Assembly: GCA_030265395.1 (NCBI GenBank)
Contig: JARFYF010000084.1
Coordinates: 84,608,357 to 84,672,356 of the forward strand
From: Rhina ancylostomus
Lineage: Eukaryota
DNA length: 64,000 nt
Direction: 5' to 3'
Within the stretch, counting starts at the first letter, position 1, and every line of letters starts with the position of its first letter. The notes under the pieces are model-generated. The model did no database searches, had not been told where the DNA came from, and was given only the letters and a program-made list of their open reading frames with translations. Both the position numbers and the translations under genes were made by a program. Of the stretch, positions 50,829 through 64,000 are shown one piece after another.

Positions 50829-51709
50829 GTATGTACACCAAATGAAGAGGAAACATCCATTTGCATATAACTCAAAAAAAAATCCTCCAATGTGTCTTTT
50901 GTATTGCTGTGTAGACAGCAATTTTACTGATAACTAGTCAATTTCCTGTGTCAAATTTGGCAACTTGAAGACTTATCTTCCACTGCAGGGGCAACATTGA
51001 CTGAAAGCAATAAGTCCAGGCCTTCAATACAGATATTTCTTAAAGCTATTCCAATATTGTAACAGATTGGGTTTCTTCTTTTCTGCTGAAGTTGCCTTGT
51101 TTTTAACATTTTGTTTAAGTAATAAATATATTTTCTAATTTTAATTAAGTTATAAATGATGCAAACTCCTTCCACTTAAAAGATACTTTAGGAGGATAAA
51201 GTTTAAATATTTCAGTAATTGTTCTACAGAAGGATTTGCAGTCTTAATTAGATAGGAACATTTTCAATGACAATTGCATAGTGAAAGTTGCCATTTTTAT
51301 CCATCTATTTACAATACGAACTATGTTGAAGATAATTAATCTAAATCTTAAATGATCTTCATTTTGAGGTCTGTATCTTTTCAATGCTGCATCATTGATA
51401 TTTAATGCATCCATGATCAAGAACTTGCTTAGCTCTAAATCTCATGTGGTAGAAGTTATAACGTGGAAACGGAATGTTTCTGCTAATATACATGTATCAG
51501 CTGTGGCTCTGCAGATGAACAGAGAAAAATGATTCAGAGTAGAATTTCCTATGGTTTTAACCTTCCAAATGTATATGTTCAAAATTTAAACCACAGCCGT
51601 GCACAGAAAATAGGAGCTCTCATGTGGTTTTCAAATCTGTGGATTTCAAAATATGTTAAATAGTATGTCTACCATATCAGTCATGGGAATATAGCATTGT
51701 TCAGAAACT

Positions 51710-52100
51710 GGACTTATTGGTATTGGTTTATTATGTCACTTGTACCAAGGTACAGTGAAAAACTTGTCTTGCATACAGTTCAAACAGATCAGTTCATTGC
51801 ATGGTGCATTGAAGTAGTACAGGGTAAAACCAATAACAGAATACAGAGTAAAGTGTCACAGCTACAGGGAAGTGCATTGCAAGTAGACAATAAGGTGCAA
51901 GGTCAGAATAAGGTAGATTGACTTCAAGAGTCCATCTCATCATATAAGGGAATCGTTAAATAGTCTTTTCACAGCGGGATAGAAGTTGTCCTTGAGCCTG
52001 GTGGTATATGGCCTCAGGCTCCTGTGTCTTCTGCCTGATGGAAGAGGGGAGAAGAGAGAATGACGAGGGTGGGTGGGGTCTTTGATTATGTTGGCTGCTT
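51710..52100 (-). mobile_element. Rex1/Babar-type LINE 3' end
   Basis: AANIIKDPTHPRHSLFSPLPSGRRHRSLRPYTTRLKDNFYPAVKRLFN. Confidence 0.8.
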
Positions 52101-52191
52101 CAAGCTTTGAATTTTTTTCCCAGGAGCTTCTGGAATTAGTTTTGTTTCTGTCATGCAGTCTTACATACATTTCTTTATAATTGTCTTTCAG

Positions 52192-52411
52192 GCAGCAATC
52201 CAGTCCCAGTTGGATGGAGTACGGACGGGGCTCAGTCAGCTTCACAATGCTTTGAATGATGTTAAGGACATTCAACATTCCTTGGCAGATGTCAGTAAGG
52301 ACTGGAGACAGAGCATTAATACTATAGAGAACCTGAAGGATGTGAAAGATGCTGTGGTTCAGCATAGCCAGTTGGCAGCTGCTGTCGAAAACCTGAAAAA
52401 CATTTTCTCGG
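52192..52411 (+). CDS. EXOC3: EXOC3 coding exon 2
   Basis: tttcag|[21 protein letters not shown]...NLKNIFS|gtaatt; 220 nt, phase 0/1. Confidence 0.97.
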
Positions 52412-53439
52412 GTAATTCCTATCATTTGGATTTTTGCTAATGGTTCTTGAATGATAGTTCAGGTGAAAAGGCAGATGGGGGTTGGCAGTGGAATAGTTTC
52501 AGGGTGAAAGCACTTTGGGTTGTAAGTTTGACAGTGAACAATTTTATCAAACTGAATTATATTTCTCAAATGACATTGATGATGTCAATATGTTTTAAAC
52601 ACTATATGGCAAATGAAATAGTTTTGAAGTATAGTCACTATTGTAATCCCAGCAGCCAATTTACAAGCACCAATACAATGAAAATCAATTTTAGTGACAT
52701 TGGCTGAGGGATAAATGTTGGCCAAGACACAGGCCAATTAATCTCAAATGAAATACCTCTGACAACTTAGAATTTCCTTGGTATACTTCTGGAGTGTCTG
52801 CTTAGATTTTTTGTGCTTAACCCTGGAGTGGGACTTGAACTTTCTAACTTGATGAGACTGTTGCAAGTGAGTCCCAGCTGACACTCTCAAATGTAGGTGC
52901 AGGAATTTTTAATTACTTCATGTACTTATAGCTTTATACAACTTTAAAATGGCAATTGGTTAACCCATACAATTGAACCACACATGATATAAAAGCCTTA
53001 GAAATGCTGTGTTCAATGTCTCAGAGCATTAATTAGTAAAGACAAAGTACAAAATCTAAACAGTGTCAAAATATTGTTCCGATGAGCACCAATGGGTGAA
53101 TATGATTCACTGGTTAATAAACAATATTTAGGAACAAGTAATTATTGGAAAATAGCATAAGATGCATTTTCCACATTTAACTGGGGAAGACTGTGACCTA
53201 ATTAGAATCACTGAAAGAAAAGTTTTTTTTTGCACTCTTGCTACTGTAAGGCAGCAGTTATTTTCCCACAGTTTTTTGCATTGCTATGCCTTCTGAGAGT
53301 CACTTCAAGGATGAATTCTTAAGCATATTTATCTTAAAATGTAATGTAGTAATTCTGTACTCAACAAACATCAGAAGTCCATCAGGTCTTTGTAGTTGAA
53401 CTTTGGAGCCATTCAGGTTTTGTTCTGCATATAGTACAT

Positions 53440-54370
53440 CATCAGAGAATTACTTCACACAAAAAGAGGGTATTTGGCCCATCCTTTTGAAAGGGCCCAA
53501 ATAATCCCAGTTACCCACAGGTCTTTTCCCTAGGTAAATATTCAGATCCATTTAATCAATTACTATTGAATTTGTTTCCATGAGCCTTCCATGAATCAAG
53601 TAATTCCAGATTATTATGAATTTTTGTATAAAAATTGTTCCCTTTTCCATTGTGGTCTTGTACCTTAAATGTAGGAACTTTGGTTATTGTCATAAAAACA
53701 TTTTTTAAAAAAAAGGAGCATTAGTGTCTGTTTGGCCCCTTGAGAAAGCCCCACCATTCAACACAATCACAGGCGATTCTCTGTTTTAACATAATATTCT
53801 CCTACCCCTAGATGCTTTTTGCATCTGGAAATCTATCTAATTCTTATATCTATTCAGTGACTTGGGCTCCACTGTGGTGGAGAATCTCATAGGTTCACCA
53901 CCCAATGAGTGAAGAAGTTTCTCATTTCAGTGTTAAATGCTTTGCCCGGTATTTTGTGACTGTAACCTCTCACTACAGAACCCCCAACCAAGGAAAATAT
54001 GAACCTTGCATCCAGTTTGTTCAGCCTATCAGAATTTTGAATGTTTCAATGAGATCTGCACTCATTCTTCTAAAGTCTAGTGAATATAGGCCTAGTCAAC
54101 CCATTCTGTCCTTGTACAACAGAACTACCATCCTAGGACTCAATGTGATGAACCTTTGCTGCACTCCCTTTGTAGCTGATGTTTCCTTTCCTAGGTAAGG
54201 AGACTATAATTACACATATTGCTCCAGGTATGGTCTCACCAGGACCCTGTATGATTATAGCATTGCAAGGCCCCTCTGTTCCACAGCACTCCCTGGGGCC
54301 CTGCCATTCACAGTGGAAGTCCTATCTGGATTTGACTTTCCAAAATGCAACACCTCACATTTATCTAAAT
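53440..54370 (-). mobile_element. Cluster of CR1 LINE 3' fragments
   Basis: aggttcaccaccc..gtgaagaagtttctc, ctccaggtatggtctcacca and tgcaacacctcacattta motifs. Confidence 0.65.
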
Positions 54371-54657
54371 TAATTTGGGCAATATCTGCAGTTTATTATT
54401 TTTTAAAAATTTAACATCATATAGACTAGCACTGCAGAACCAGTCCATTTGGTCGATTAGCTTCAGAGTTTTGCTTTAAAATGTCCATTCTTCAAATTAT
54501 GAGCTCTCTTAACTGTAGTAATCACAAATGTTGTAAACAATTTTGAAATTATGATCATTAATAGAAGATGCTTTTGAACATTTAATAATGTTTTAAATCA
54601 ATATTGTTGCTAATCCTGTGATAACACAACAGCTAATATTACTTACCTGGCTTTCAG

Positions 54658-55339
54658 TTCCAGAGATTGTGCAGGAGGCCTATGAGCTAATTGAACGCGG
54701 AGAACTGCTTTTAGCCCACCGAAAGCTGATGGACCTAGAGTGCTCCCGTGATGATCTAATGTATGAGCAATATCGTATGGATAGCAAGAATATGCATGAT
54801 ATGAAACTAATTCAGGCCTATTTCACTGAGGTGCAGAATCTCTCTGAGCAAATGGGCAAGCAGATTTGGATGCTGGTGCAAAGATCCTCAGTGACAGTCC
54901 GCAGTGATCCAGCCCAACTTGTCTCAATGATTCGAATCATTGAGAGAGAAGAAAAAATTGATAAGAAAATGCTTGACCGGCAGAAGCAGACTGGGTTCAT
55001 TCCTCCTGGCAGACCAAAAGAGTGGAAAAACAAATTGTTTGCCGTTTTAGAACAGACTGTTGCTAATCGAATTGAAGCCAGTCAGTCTGATACACGAGAA
55101 TTAGATAAAATGTGGCTTGTGCGTCACTTAGAGCTCACACGCAAATATGTTCTTGAGGACTTGCTGGTCATGAAGAACTTGATGGTGCAGTGTTTTCCCC
55201 CTCACTACAACATCTTCAGAAGGCTTCAGAATTTGTATCACCAGGCTCTAGTGGCACGTGTGGAAGAACTTGCATCTGAGGATCTGGAGGCCAATGAAAT
55301 TGTTTCACTTTTGACTTGGGTTCTAAATACATATCAGAG
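54658..55339 (+). CDS. EXOC3: EXOC3 coding exon 3
   Basis: tttcag|VPEIVQE...GFIPPGRPKEWK...EIVSLLTWVLNTYQ|gtgaga; 682 nt, phase 1/2. Confidence 0.97.
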
Positions 55340-56121
55340 GTGAGAATTTGATTTAGCGGTATTTAACATCAAATCATATTTACAGTACAGTAGGACACCG
55401 TTCAGTTCATCATGTTCATGCTGGCCAAAGGACATGGTCCATTTGGATGAATCTCACTTACCACCTCTCCGTCAATAGTCTTGTAGGTTACACCACCTCA
55501 GCACATTCAGGTACCACTTAAATGTTTTGCAGTTTTCCGTTCCACTCTTTAGGTAATTAATTCCAGACCCCCTTCCCTTGCCCATCTCCCAACCAGTCTC
55601 TGCATTTAAAACAAAATGTCTTTCTCAGTTCTCATCTGTTTCTACCAATTAACTTTAAATTTATGTCCTCTATCACTGAACTCTCTACTAAGGAGAATGG
55701 GTCCTTTCTGTCTAGGCCTTGCAGTATTATACACCTTGATTAAATCTCTCCTTGTGCATTGTATAAGACTGTAACTTTTCTCTTGTAATTTATTCTAGTA
55801 TGGCAAACTTCTGTTTTGGCCCACTTTATCAGAGAGTCAGCAAATTGCAGAAATAGGTAGCTAATAGGTGGGTGGAGGAGAGGAAAGTTAGGTGTGTTCC
55901 TATTAAACCAGAAAACCTACAGTGTGCTCTTTCAAAGACCAGTTTATCCTTCTTGAAGTGGGATGCTCAAAACTAATTAGAGTACTATAGATTCAATCTA
56001 AATTTGTACGACTGTCATAGTAAGCTGCTAAATTTTGCTAGCAATAGCTTGTTGAACTTTACCTTTGGTCTTAGTTGCTAACTTGAATTGTGTTTTGCAT
56101 TTCGATATATTTTCTGTATAG

Positions 56122-56239
56122 TGAGGATATGATGGGACACCCAGATCTTGCTCCAGAAGTAGAAGTGAAGACCCTGGAACCCTTACTTTCAAATGATGTG
56201 GCCAATATGCTTCTCAGCAAATACATGACAACTCTTACT
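56122..56239 (+). CDS. EXOC3: EXOC3 coding exon 4
   Basis: gtatag|EDMMGHPDLAPEVEV...KYMTTLT|gtaagt; 118 nt, phase 2/0. Confidence 0.95.
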
Positions 56240-57853
56240 GTAAGTAGAGCTTCTAAAAAGCAAAGGGCAGTGGAGTGAAACCTCTGCTTTTACTCATACT
56301 AAAAAGATGAAAGGTTTATCATTATATTTTCCATATTTTGCTGTTTAGTCAAAAGTCTGAATGAAGGAGCAAATACACAATTTGACCTTTATATAAATCT
56401 AACAAAGGTACAAAATTGATATGTATGGACCATAAAAGTTTAACTGACAACCATTCTAATGTCCAATCAAGTAAAATGATACTGCACCTTTATTTTTAAG
56501 AGATCTCCATCTTTAACGTGGAAAAATGCTGTTTTGCTGGTTATTTAATATCTTTAATGGGAGATAAATTTAATTTTGGTGTGTAGACCGGCAATTGTGT
56601 TCTGGGCACCTAGAAGATATATGCATAAAATCTTTGAATTGCAATTTTGACTTGTGCAGCAACTTCTTAAACAGGCTGGCTCTTCACTAAATGTTCCTTC
56701 ACCCGTTAAGTGAATAAACTACTGATGTCAAGATAGTTAAGGAAATTCTCAGATAATTTTGGATTAAAATCAATTGTGCGCTTGGAAAATCACACTATGG
56801 TTAACTAGAATTGACTATAAAGGAAAATTATGCTAGACAAAGATGGGAGGTGGGGTGGGGGAGGGACCAGGATTGTGGCTGAGGATAGGGAAAGGGTGTT
56901 TAGGTCTGTAACCAATTTGGAGGCTGGGTCTCAAGATGGGGTGGAAGTCAAGGGTAATATCAAGTGGTGGTGTCAGAGGTATGAAAGATAAAGAAAGAAT
57001 TTAATTTGATAGGGATCCAATCCTGCGTTAGAGTGAGAAGATCTAGTTGTGCCAGAAGGACCATCAATGATAGGTCCTGGGATAATTTGGACGAAATTCT
57101 TCTGCAGTGTTCCAGAAGGAGTATTGCTTGAGAAATGACATCACACCCATGCATCTTGAAATCATATTAGGGGTGCAAGGGTGGTTCACAACAGGAAAAT
57201 TCGGAATGAATTTCTGCAGTCACATGAAACAATTGGGAAGTGGTTATTAATCATGTTTCACTGTAACATTTTTTCACCAGCAAGAGAAAATCTCTGGTAT
57301 TGAATTTTTATACAGTCATTCTGAAATTCTCATTAAAGTTGACTGCATTCAGTTGTACATTTATGACCAGCATTGTGTTGCCTCTTGTGTGGGTTTAATT
57401 TGTCAAGTGTGTGTGTGTGCGGTTGCACTAGCATAATGAATCTTTCTGAAACCTTCCAGCTGAATCTTTTCTCCACTTTTTCTTTTTAGCTTTTGCAAAT
57501 TTTAAGATGAGATTTACTTACAATGTCAGCTGTTTACATAGATTAGGAACTAAGGATCAAACTGGCCCTTTTAAAGTTTTTACTCATTGATTAATCTTCA
57601 GCTTAATTAAAGATGTTTAGTGTGTAACTTCATTTGAGAATTTTGTAATCCCAGTTAGTGTGTTATGTTTTAACTTTAAATCCTTGAAAGCTACTGAGCA
57701 GGTTTATTGGTCAGGATCACCTCCTACTCCAGATCTCTTCTCTGTTCTTAAGTTTTTGCTGCATTGGTTATCCTTGGCTTGTCTCTGATCCATTATTCAT
57801 GCTTCAGCTTGTCCAAGGGAAATAGCAAAATAATAAGAATTTTCATTTTATAG

Positions 57854-57979
57854 TCTAATATTATTGGATGGCTACGGAAGGCACTTGAAACTGACAAGAA
57901 GGATTGGAAAAAAGAACAAGAGCCGGAAGCGGATCAGGATGGATACTATCAAACCACACTGCCAGCTATTGTATTTCAG
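57854..57979 (+). CDS. EXOC3: EXOC3 coding exon 5
   Basis: ttatag|[18 protein letters not shown]...[16 protein letters not shown]|gtattt; 126 nt. Confidence 0.96.
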
Positions 57980-58779
57980 GTATTTTAAACTTCCTCATTT
58001 ATACTTGGTGCAAATACTCAATATTCAATTTTTATCTTAATACCTTAGAAGTGTTTAAGCTGCAACCAGTTATAAACATGGCGAGCACTGGGGTTTGTAA
58101 GAGTGAGAGGTGATTGCATTGAAACAAGATTCTAATGCGGTTTAAGTGGCACTTTGCCATGGCCACGATCTCGAGCAGGAGCTGAAGATAAGGGATTGGA
58201 TAATGAGAACTGAGGACAGGAAGAATTTAATTACTCAGAGGCTTGTATATCCACTCCAGAGGGCTTTTGATCCTCTGTCATTGAATATATTCAATGCTGG
58301 AATCAATGGATTTTAGAATTCTTGGGAATCAAAGAATACGGAGGTTGGGCAGGAAGGAAGAGTGAAGGAGATTAGTCTGACTTGTTGGATGGTGGAGGGG
58401 ACATAAGGGGACTTGTGGCTCACACCTGCATCTGTTTCTTGTGTTCCTCTGTTTCTTCTCTGGTAGCATTTTGTTAGTCAAGTTAGGCTGGTCCTAATTG
58501 ATTTCAGGCTTTTTCAAAACTTGCATGCCCATTTTAAAATAGAGTGGCTCATTTCCATATTTGTATTTCATTTTGCAGAGCAAACCTGAACCATATCACT
58601 GCTCATTATTGTCATTTCTCTGTTGTGCATTTCACAAGTGCTTCGGAATCCTTGTGGGATTCTCATGGACTTCTGCCTTTACTTTGCCATGTAACATTTT
58701 GGTCACTAATGCTGTTGGTAATGTTAAGGAATTAGTTTGTTTTGTATATCAAGTATACCTGCATATTGTGTCCGTCAGA

Positions 58780-59240
58780 CTTGTATAGCACGGAAATGGG
58801 CTCTTTGGCTCACCATGTCCACGTCAACCATATATACAAATGTCATTTGCCAGCACTTAGGCCATAACCTGGTCATTCAAGTGTTCATCTAGATACTTCA
58901 GTGTTGTGAGAGTTATCTGCCTCTGCTTAAACTCAGACAATGTGTTCCAGATTTAAAGTACCCTCTGGTGAAAAAGTTCTTCAGAGGATCTCGTCTAAAT
59001 CTTTTACACCTTCCTCTCAGTCTATGGCCTCTAGTTTTAGAAAGTTCTGCCATGGGGAAGGCTTTCCTTTTATCTACCTTATCCATGGCCCTCAGAATTT
59101 TGTATACCTCTATTAGGTCTACCTTCAGCCCCTTCTGCTCCAAGGGAAACAACCCACCCTATTTAGTCTCTCCTCATCTATGAAACACTCCATCCCAGGC
59201 AACATCCTGGGGAATCTTTTCTGCACCTTATCCAGTGCAG
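58780..59240 (-). mobile_element. CR1 LINE 3' fragment
   Basis: DLIEVYKILRAMDKVD...SKTRGHRL...KNFFTR. Confidence 0.85.
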
Positions 59241-59455
59241 TCTGATGTGCTTGTACGAGGACAGGAAAGTATAAATGAATACTTTATACATGAAAGTATA
59301 AATGAAAGGTATATATGGTCCTGCTATTCAGACTTGTGCTTGCACAGGCCAGCAATTTCTTCATATTGGTAAATAGTTGTTTTGCTACTGATTTTTGGAG
59401 CCATAAAGTTTGGAAATATGTAGAATGTTTGATATGCACTCATGTTCTGTTTTAG

Positions 59456-59556
59456 ATGTTTGAACAAAATCTACAGGTGGCTGCTCAAATCAGTGATGAT
59501 CTGAAACTTAAGGTGCTAACATTGTGCCTTCAGCAAATGAACTCTTTCTTGAGCAG
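59456..59556 (+). CDS. EXOC3: EXOC3 coding exon 6
   Basis: ttttag|[33 protein letters not shown]|gtgagt; 101 nt, phase 0/2. Confidence 0.96.
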
Positions 59557-60746
59557 GTGAGTACATGTGCAATAAAGAGAGACCTTTTAAGAATGATTGA
59601 GCTAAACATAGTTTTGGTTCTGGTCTTCAGCTGATACCTGCAAAAATGATTCCCAATTTCCTGTAGTTTATGTCTGCCTTTGTTAGCTCTCAAATGTGAC
59701 ACTGTTCATACCAGGAAAGAGAATGGAAAATGGTATTTTCATGGGAATTATATCAATGTCTCTTGCAGATTAGGTTGATCTCAACATAACTAGAATTTCT
59801 TGAATTCATGGAGGTATTGAGTTAAAGTAATCCTTCTATAACATCTGCTATGATGCAGATCTGCTGAATTTTCCTGAGATGTCAGATTTTTGAAAGACTT
59901 GAGTGACTGAGAACCATGGTAACCATACTGCTTTCATTTTAGTAGAGTGCATGGATTTGTGTGTGTAGCCAATTCTTCTTTACCACCTCATTGTAGAGAA
60001 GGTTATGAGTTGGTGCAATAATCTGAATATATTTGTGAATGGAGTAGAGTACATCTCAATCAAAGCATCAGTAACTTCCTGCATGGTTAGCTGTGCCAGA
60101 ATTGGAGGACTAATGCTTCCAAACACTGCCAGAAGTGACGTAGAAATTTTAAAATCGCAACTAAGTCTGGGTCCCCTTTTCTGTGACACTCCTACACTCC
60201 TTTCATCCAAACATTTGACTTTAAAAGTAGGATGCCATCAGTAAACGATAAACCTCTTCCTTCCAGTTTAATGCACCAAAAACAAATTGATGAACTATGC
60301 ATAGATTTTTTTGTAGATGTTTTTGATGTTGAAATTTTGTGGTAAATAGTTTTATGGCCATGCTTAATGGCTAAACTGTACATTGAGTACATGGGGTTGA
60401 AAAGATCTAATGTGTTCAACAAAAACTTGAAGTTATGATTACTGTTGCAGCTGCTGTTTGGAGTGATATTTTAGGATACCTGATTGCAGATTGTTTCTGT
60501 TGCCTCGAGAATCGTATACCTTTCAAAATGGACATGGCGGGGTGGTGAGAAATAACATTTTAATAAAATAATTTTTCAAAAAGAGAATTTGTCTTTTAAA
60601 GGTGGAAGCAAATGCTTTTGGAGTAAGAGGAGAGAGGAGGACTGGAGACTTCTTATTTCTGAAAGAAGCAGCAGTTGGAATATGTCTGAATTACATAAAT
60701 GCAAATTTGCCTAAATAGTGAAATAATGGACTTTGCTTCTTGCCAG

Positions 60747-60857
60747 GTACAAGGAAGAAGTGACGCTATATAAAGATGATCACCTGAAAGATCGTCAACA
60801 TCCTCAGTTCTACATTCAATATATGGTTGCAGTTGTTAACAACTGCCAAACTTTCAA
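60747..60857 (+). CDS. EXOC3: EXOC3 coding exon 7
   Basis: tgccag|YKEEVTLYKDDHLKDRQHPQFYIQYMVAVVNNCQTF|gtaagt; 111 nt, phase 2/2. Confidence 0.96.
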
Positions 60858-61374
60858 GTAAGTGCACAGTTTTACTTCTTTACAAAACAGTATTTGGGAA
60901 TGAATTGTTTCTTTTAATGGCACAGCTGCCATCAAACAGTTTATTTAATTAGTATTACATGGTGACTAATACATGGTGTTGTAATGCTTATATTTAAACT
61001 ATACTAAGGAGGTCCACAGAAGTTTAACTAACAGTACTGCCTTTCTGCAGAATGGTAATATTTCTGGGAGTCTGTGCAGAAGTATTTAGAAATGCTTCTG
61101 GATTTTTAATAGGTTTGTTGATCTTTAAAGAGTTTATTTAACTTTTAACAATTAAACAGATCTTAACAATAAGAATGAAATGAACAAGTTCAACTATTGG
61201 TATTGATTTATTATTGAATTGGATGTTTAGAGCATTGTTTATGCCCAACAGTAGTTGGGTTTGGTGGTGGGGAGGGTGGTAGTAGAGGGGAGAGGAGTCT
61301 TAACTAAATGACAATGTGTATTTATATAACAACATAGTTAATGTAATCACTTAAGTTCATTTTGTATATTGCAG

Positions 61375-61531
61375 AGAATCTCTCAACAGTTTAAAGAGGA
61401 AATACACAAAATTTGAGATGGAGATGGAAGAAGAACATTATGGTAATCAGCCAACAATAGAGGGAACTCTGGATATTATTGCCAAAGATGGATGTGCCTA
61501 TCTGCTAGATGAAGTATTCCTTGATTTAGAG
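61375..61531 (+). CDS. EXOC3: EXOC3 coding exon 8
   Basis: ttgcag|ESLNSLKRKY...IAKDGCAYLLDEVFLDLE|gttggt; 157 nt, phase 2/0. Confidence 0.95.
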
Positions 61532-62072
61532 GTTGGTGTACACAAAATATCCCTTCAGTTGGAAACAAAATGTTGTATGAATTTTAGGAAGGGCTTAAGG
61601 GCTGAGTGATACTCTGTTACCAAAATACATATTTAAAACTCCATTTGCCAAGGCATATTTCTTCATGAAAGCTTATAATACAGAGGAAATACTGTAGTGT
61701 GGGAGGTACCATCTTTCAGATGAAAAGTTAAGCAATGGTCCCATTTGCTTGATTAAGTGGGCTTAGAGCAGAGAGCTGTCTCATAATTTCTGCCGATATT
61801 CATATGTGGTTAAACGAGATTAGTGTAGATGGGTACAATGGACATGATGGGCTGAAGGACCTGTTTCTTTGCTGCATGATTCTGATTCAAAGCCCATAAT
61901 GAAAATCTATGTGTTGCACAGATTGACAGCCATTGGATTTTGAATATTTGCATTTAAGATGTTTATGTTTTATGTTTATTTCCTCGACTGCAGGAATCTG
62001 CCAAGTATAGGATGGGATTGATTGCATCCTCAGTGGCTGTGCAATGCTAAGATGCACTTTTTTTCATTTCAG

Positions 62073-62195
62073 CCTCATCTTCAAGAGTTGATGACCAGAA
62101 AATGGCTTGCTGGGTCTAATGCTGTGGATATCATTTGTGTTACCGTAGAGGATTATTTCAATGACTTTGCTAAAATTAAAAGACCATACAGCAAG
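62073..62195 (+). CDS. EXOC3: EXOC3 coding exon 9
   Basis: tttcag|[41 protein letters not shown]|gtaaaa; 123 nt. Confidence 0.96.
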
Positions 62196-62799
62196 GTAAA
62201 AAGTTAATCTATAACTTAAAATAGTTTCTTTTCATTGCCTCTGCTGAAAAGTTAACTTCTGGAAAACTATGTTCTCACCGTTCATCTATATTCATTATGT
62301 TACCATTAATCTCTTCAGAACAGTGGTTCACGTTTTTACAGAAATACATTGCAGTATGTGAAAGCAACAAAAGATAATTAATAAAGTTACATTTTTTTTC
62401 TGGTGGAATTCTACAATAATCATTTTCAAACTAGTTTTAGCAAAGCCAGTTCAGGTTTTTTGACTGGTTAACTCAAGTTCCCTCTTTGCAAAGAATATGT
62501 CTTCAGAGAACAGGAAAAGTTTTTAAACAAAAACCCAATGTTTTAGAAGTGGGTCAAGTTTCTGACAGTGAATGTTAATAGGATAGGTTTCAGCTTAAGC
62601 AAAACTTAATTTATTTGTAGAGTAATTCAATGATTTGTTTCATGAGGAATGTTTCAAAACCTTAACACTATGCTGTAGGTGAAATGCAGAAAAAAATTTT
62701 TGCTTTTAACTTTCACTTGTAGATTGAATTACTGTTGTTTAATTTCTGACAATTTCCTTTTGAGGGGTTCATAACATCAAAAACATTTTTTTTGTACAG

Positions 62800-62961
62800 G
62801 ACATAACAATAGAAGCTCACAGAAGGGTTGTAGTGGAGTATATCAGAACTATGATGCAAAGAAGGATCACGTTCAAAGGTTTGGATGAACGCAGAGAAGG
62901 GGCTGAGAGAGTTATAAAAGATGCAGAGCAGTTTCGGTTCTTGTTTAAAAAACTTTCAGCA
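62800..62961 (+). CDS. EXOC3: EXOC3 coding exon 10
   Basis: gtacag|DITIEAHRRVVVEYIRTMMQRRITF...EQFRFLFKKLSA|gtaagt; 162 nt. Confidence 0.96.
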
Positions 62962-63701
62962 GTAAGTGCTTTGTTTTCTCCACAATTTCAATGATATTTC
63001 TGAATGTTATAAGCTCCATGAGATAATTGTGCAGATGGTAAGAGTTTAAGATTTTTAATTTTTTAATTACTGCCATTTCTTTATTTTACATTTAAATGTA
63101 CAAGAAAAAGAAATGGGAGTAATTAAAATGTGCAGTTAAATGTACAGCTAGGAGAATAAACTCAAAGGACCAGTTCACAAACTTGCTGGGGCTACATGTT
63201 GAGAATTCAGAATATGTTCACACAAATTCTTTCCAATGATTGAATTCGCACATCATGTTCCCGATGCAAACTTCTGCAGAATCAGTTATCAGCAACAGAA
63301 GAGATCTGATAGCAACTTCTGGAGTATGCACACGCAGTTAAATGTGGAAAATTCAGAAGTTGCTGTCACTGATTCTGACCCTTTTCCTTAGGGGGTGCTA
63401 TTTCTCCACCATAATCTTCAGAAATCGGTAAAACAATAAAAACTAGAAATACTGGAGGACTTAATGAGAGGAGAAAAGTTTAAAGGAAATGTGTGGGGCA
63501 AGTTTTTTTACACAGAGTGATAGGTGCCTGGAGTGGGCTGCCAGGGATAGTGGTGGAAGCACAGATGGAAAAAATGTCTTGTCCTTCGCTTTGTCCCTGT
63601 GGAGACCTGAAGGAAAATTGGTGTAAAATATGAGTATAATGTATTACATAACTATATTTTAAGTTTGTATAGAAGATATTCAATAGTTCTTTTACCTGCA
63701 G

Positions 63702-63829
63702 GGTTTTGGAGAAGATGCTGATCTACTGTGTGATGCTATCCCAGCTCTAGCTGAAGTCTTAAAGCTCACCGATCCATCTTTATTATGTCTTGAGGTCTCT
63801 ACGTTAGTTAATAAATTTCCTGACTTCAG
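63702..63829 (+). CDS. EXOC3: EXOC3 coding exon 11 (final exon lies beyond the window)
   Basis: ctgcag|GFGEDADLLCDAIPALAEVLKLTDPSLLCLEVSTLVNKFPDF|gttagt; 128 nt, phase 0/2. Confidence 0.96.
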
Positions 63830-64000
63830 GTTAGTCTTTTTGTTAAATGTGTCATCAAGGAAAAAGTTCTGTTGCATAATATCATGGGGAACAGCAGCTT
63901 AAGGCTGTCGCACATTACAGGTGGTGGCTCTCGCTCAGGTTGATGAATTTGATAAGTTTTACTGGTGGAGCCATAGATTGACTTCCAGAGCTATGTAATA

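Overview
Eukaryotic (vertebrate) genomic DNA from a gapped draft assembly. The repeat content (HE1/V-SINE-type and Deu-domain SINEs, CR1, L2, Rex1/Babar-type LINEs, Penelope-like fragments) points to a cartilaginous fish (shark or ray). Two spliced + strand genes lie in the same order as in human: the 3' seven coding exons of AHRR (11142-33651, 678 codons in frame; the bHLH exons lie upstream of the window) and EXOC3/Sec6 (CpG-island promoter at about 42.4-42.8 kb, eleven coding exons 50685-63829, last exon beyond the window). Main surprises: (1) a CpG-island/TATA promoter plus the start of an ornithine decarboxylase antizyme 1 (OAZ1) exon 1 sits antisense inside an AHRR intron ([21 protein letters not shown], 16157->16063). 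It is too short for the ORF track, is apparently interrupted by a 2.5 kb Gypsy-containing block, and no frameshift site or later exons are visible. (2) This AHRR keeps a full-length, AHR-like PAS-B domain on exons of AHR-like size. (3) There are two near-perfect intronic inverted repeats and several Penelope-type hammerhead ribozyme motifs. Gene calls rest on manual translation and on reference sequences recalled from memory. Repeat boundaries are approximate. No database searches were run.
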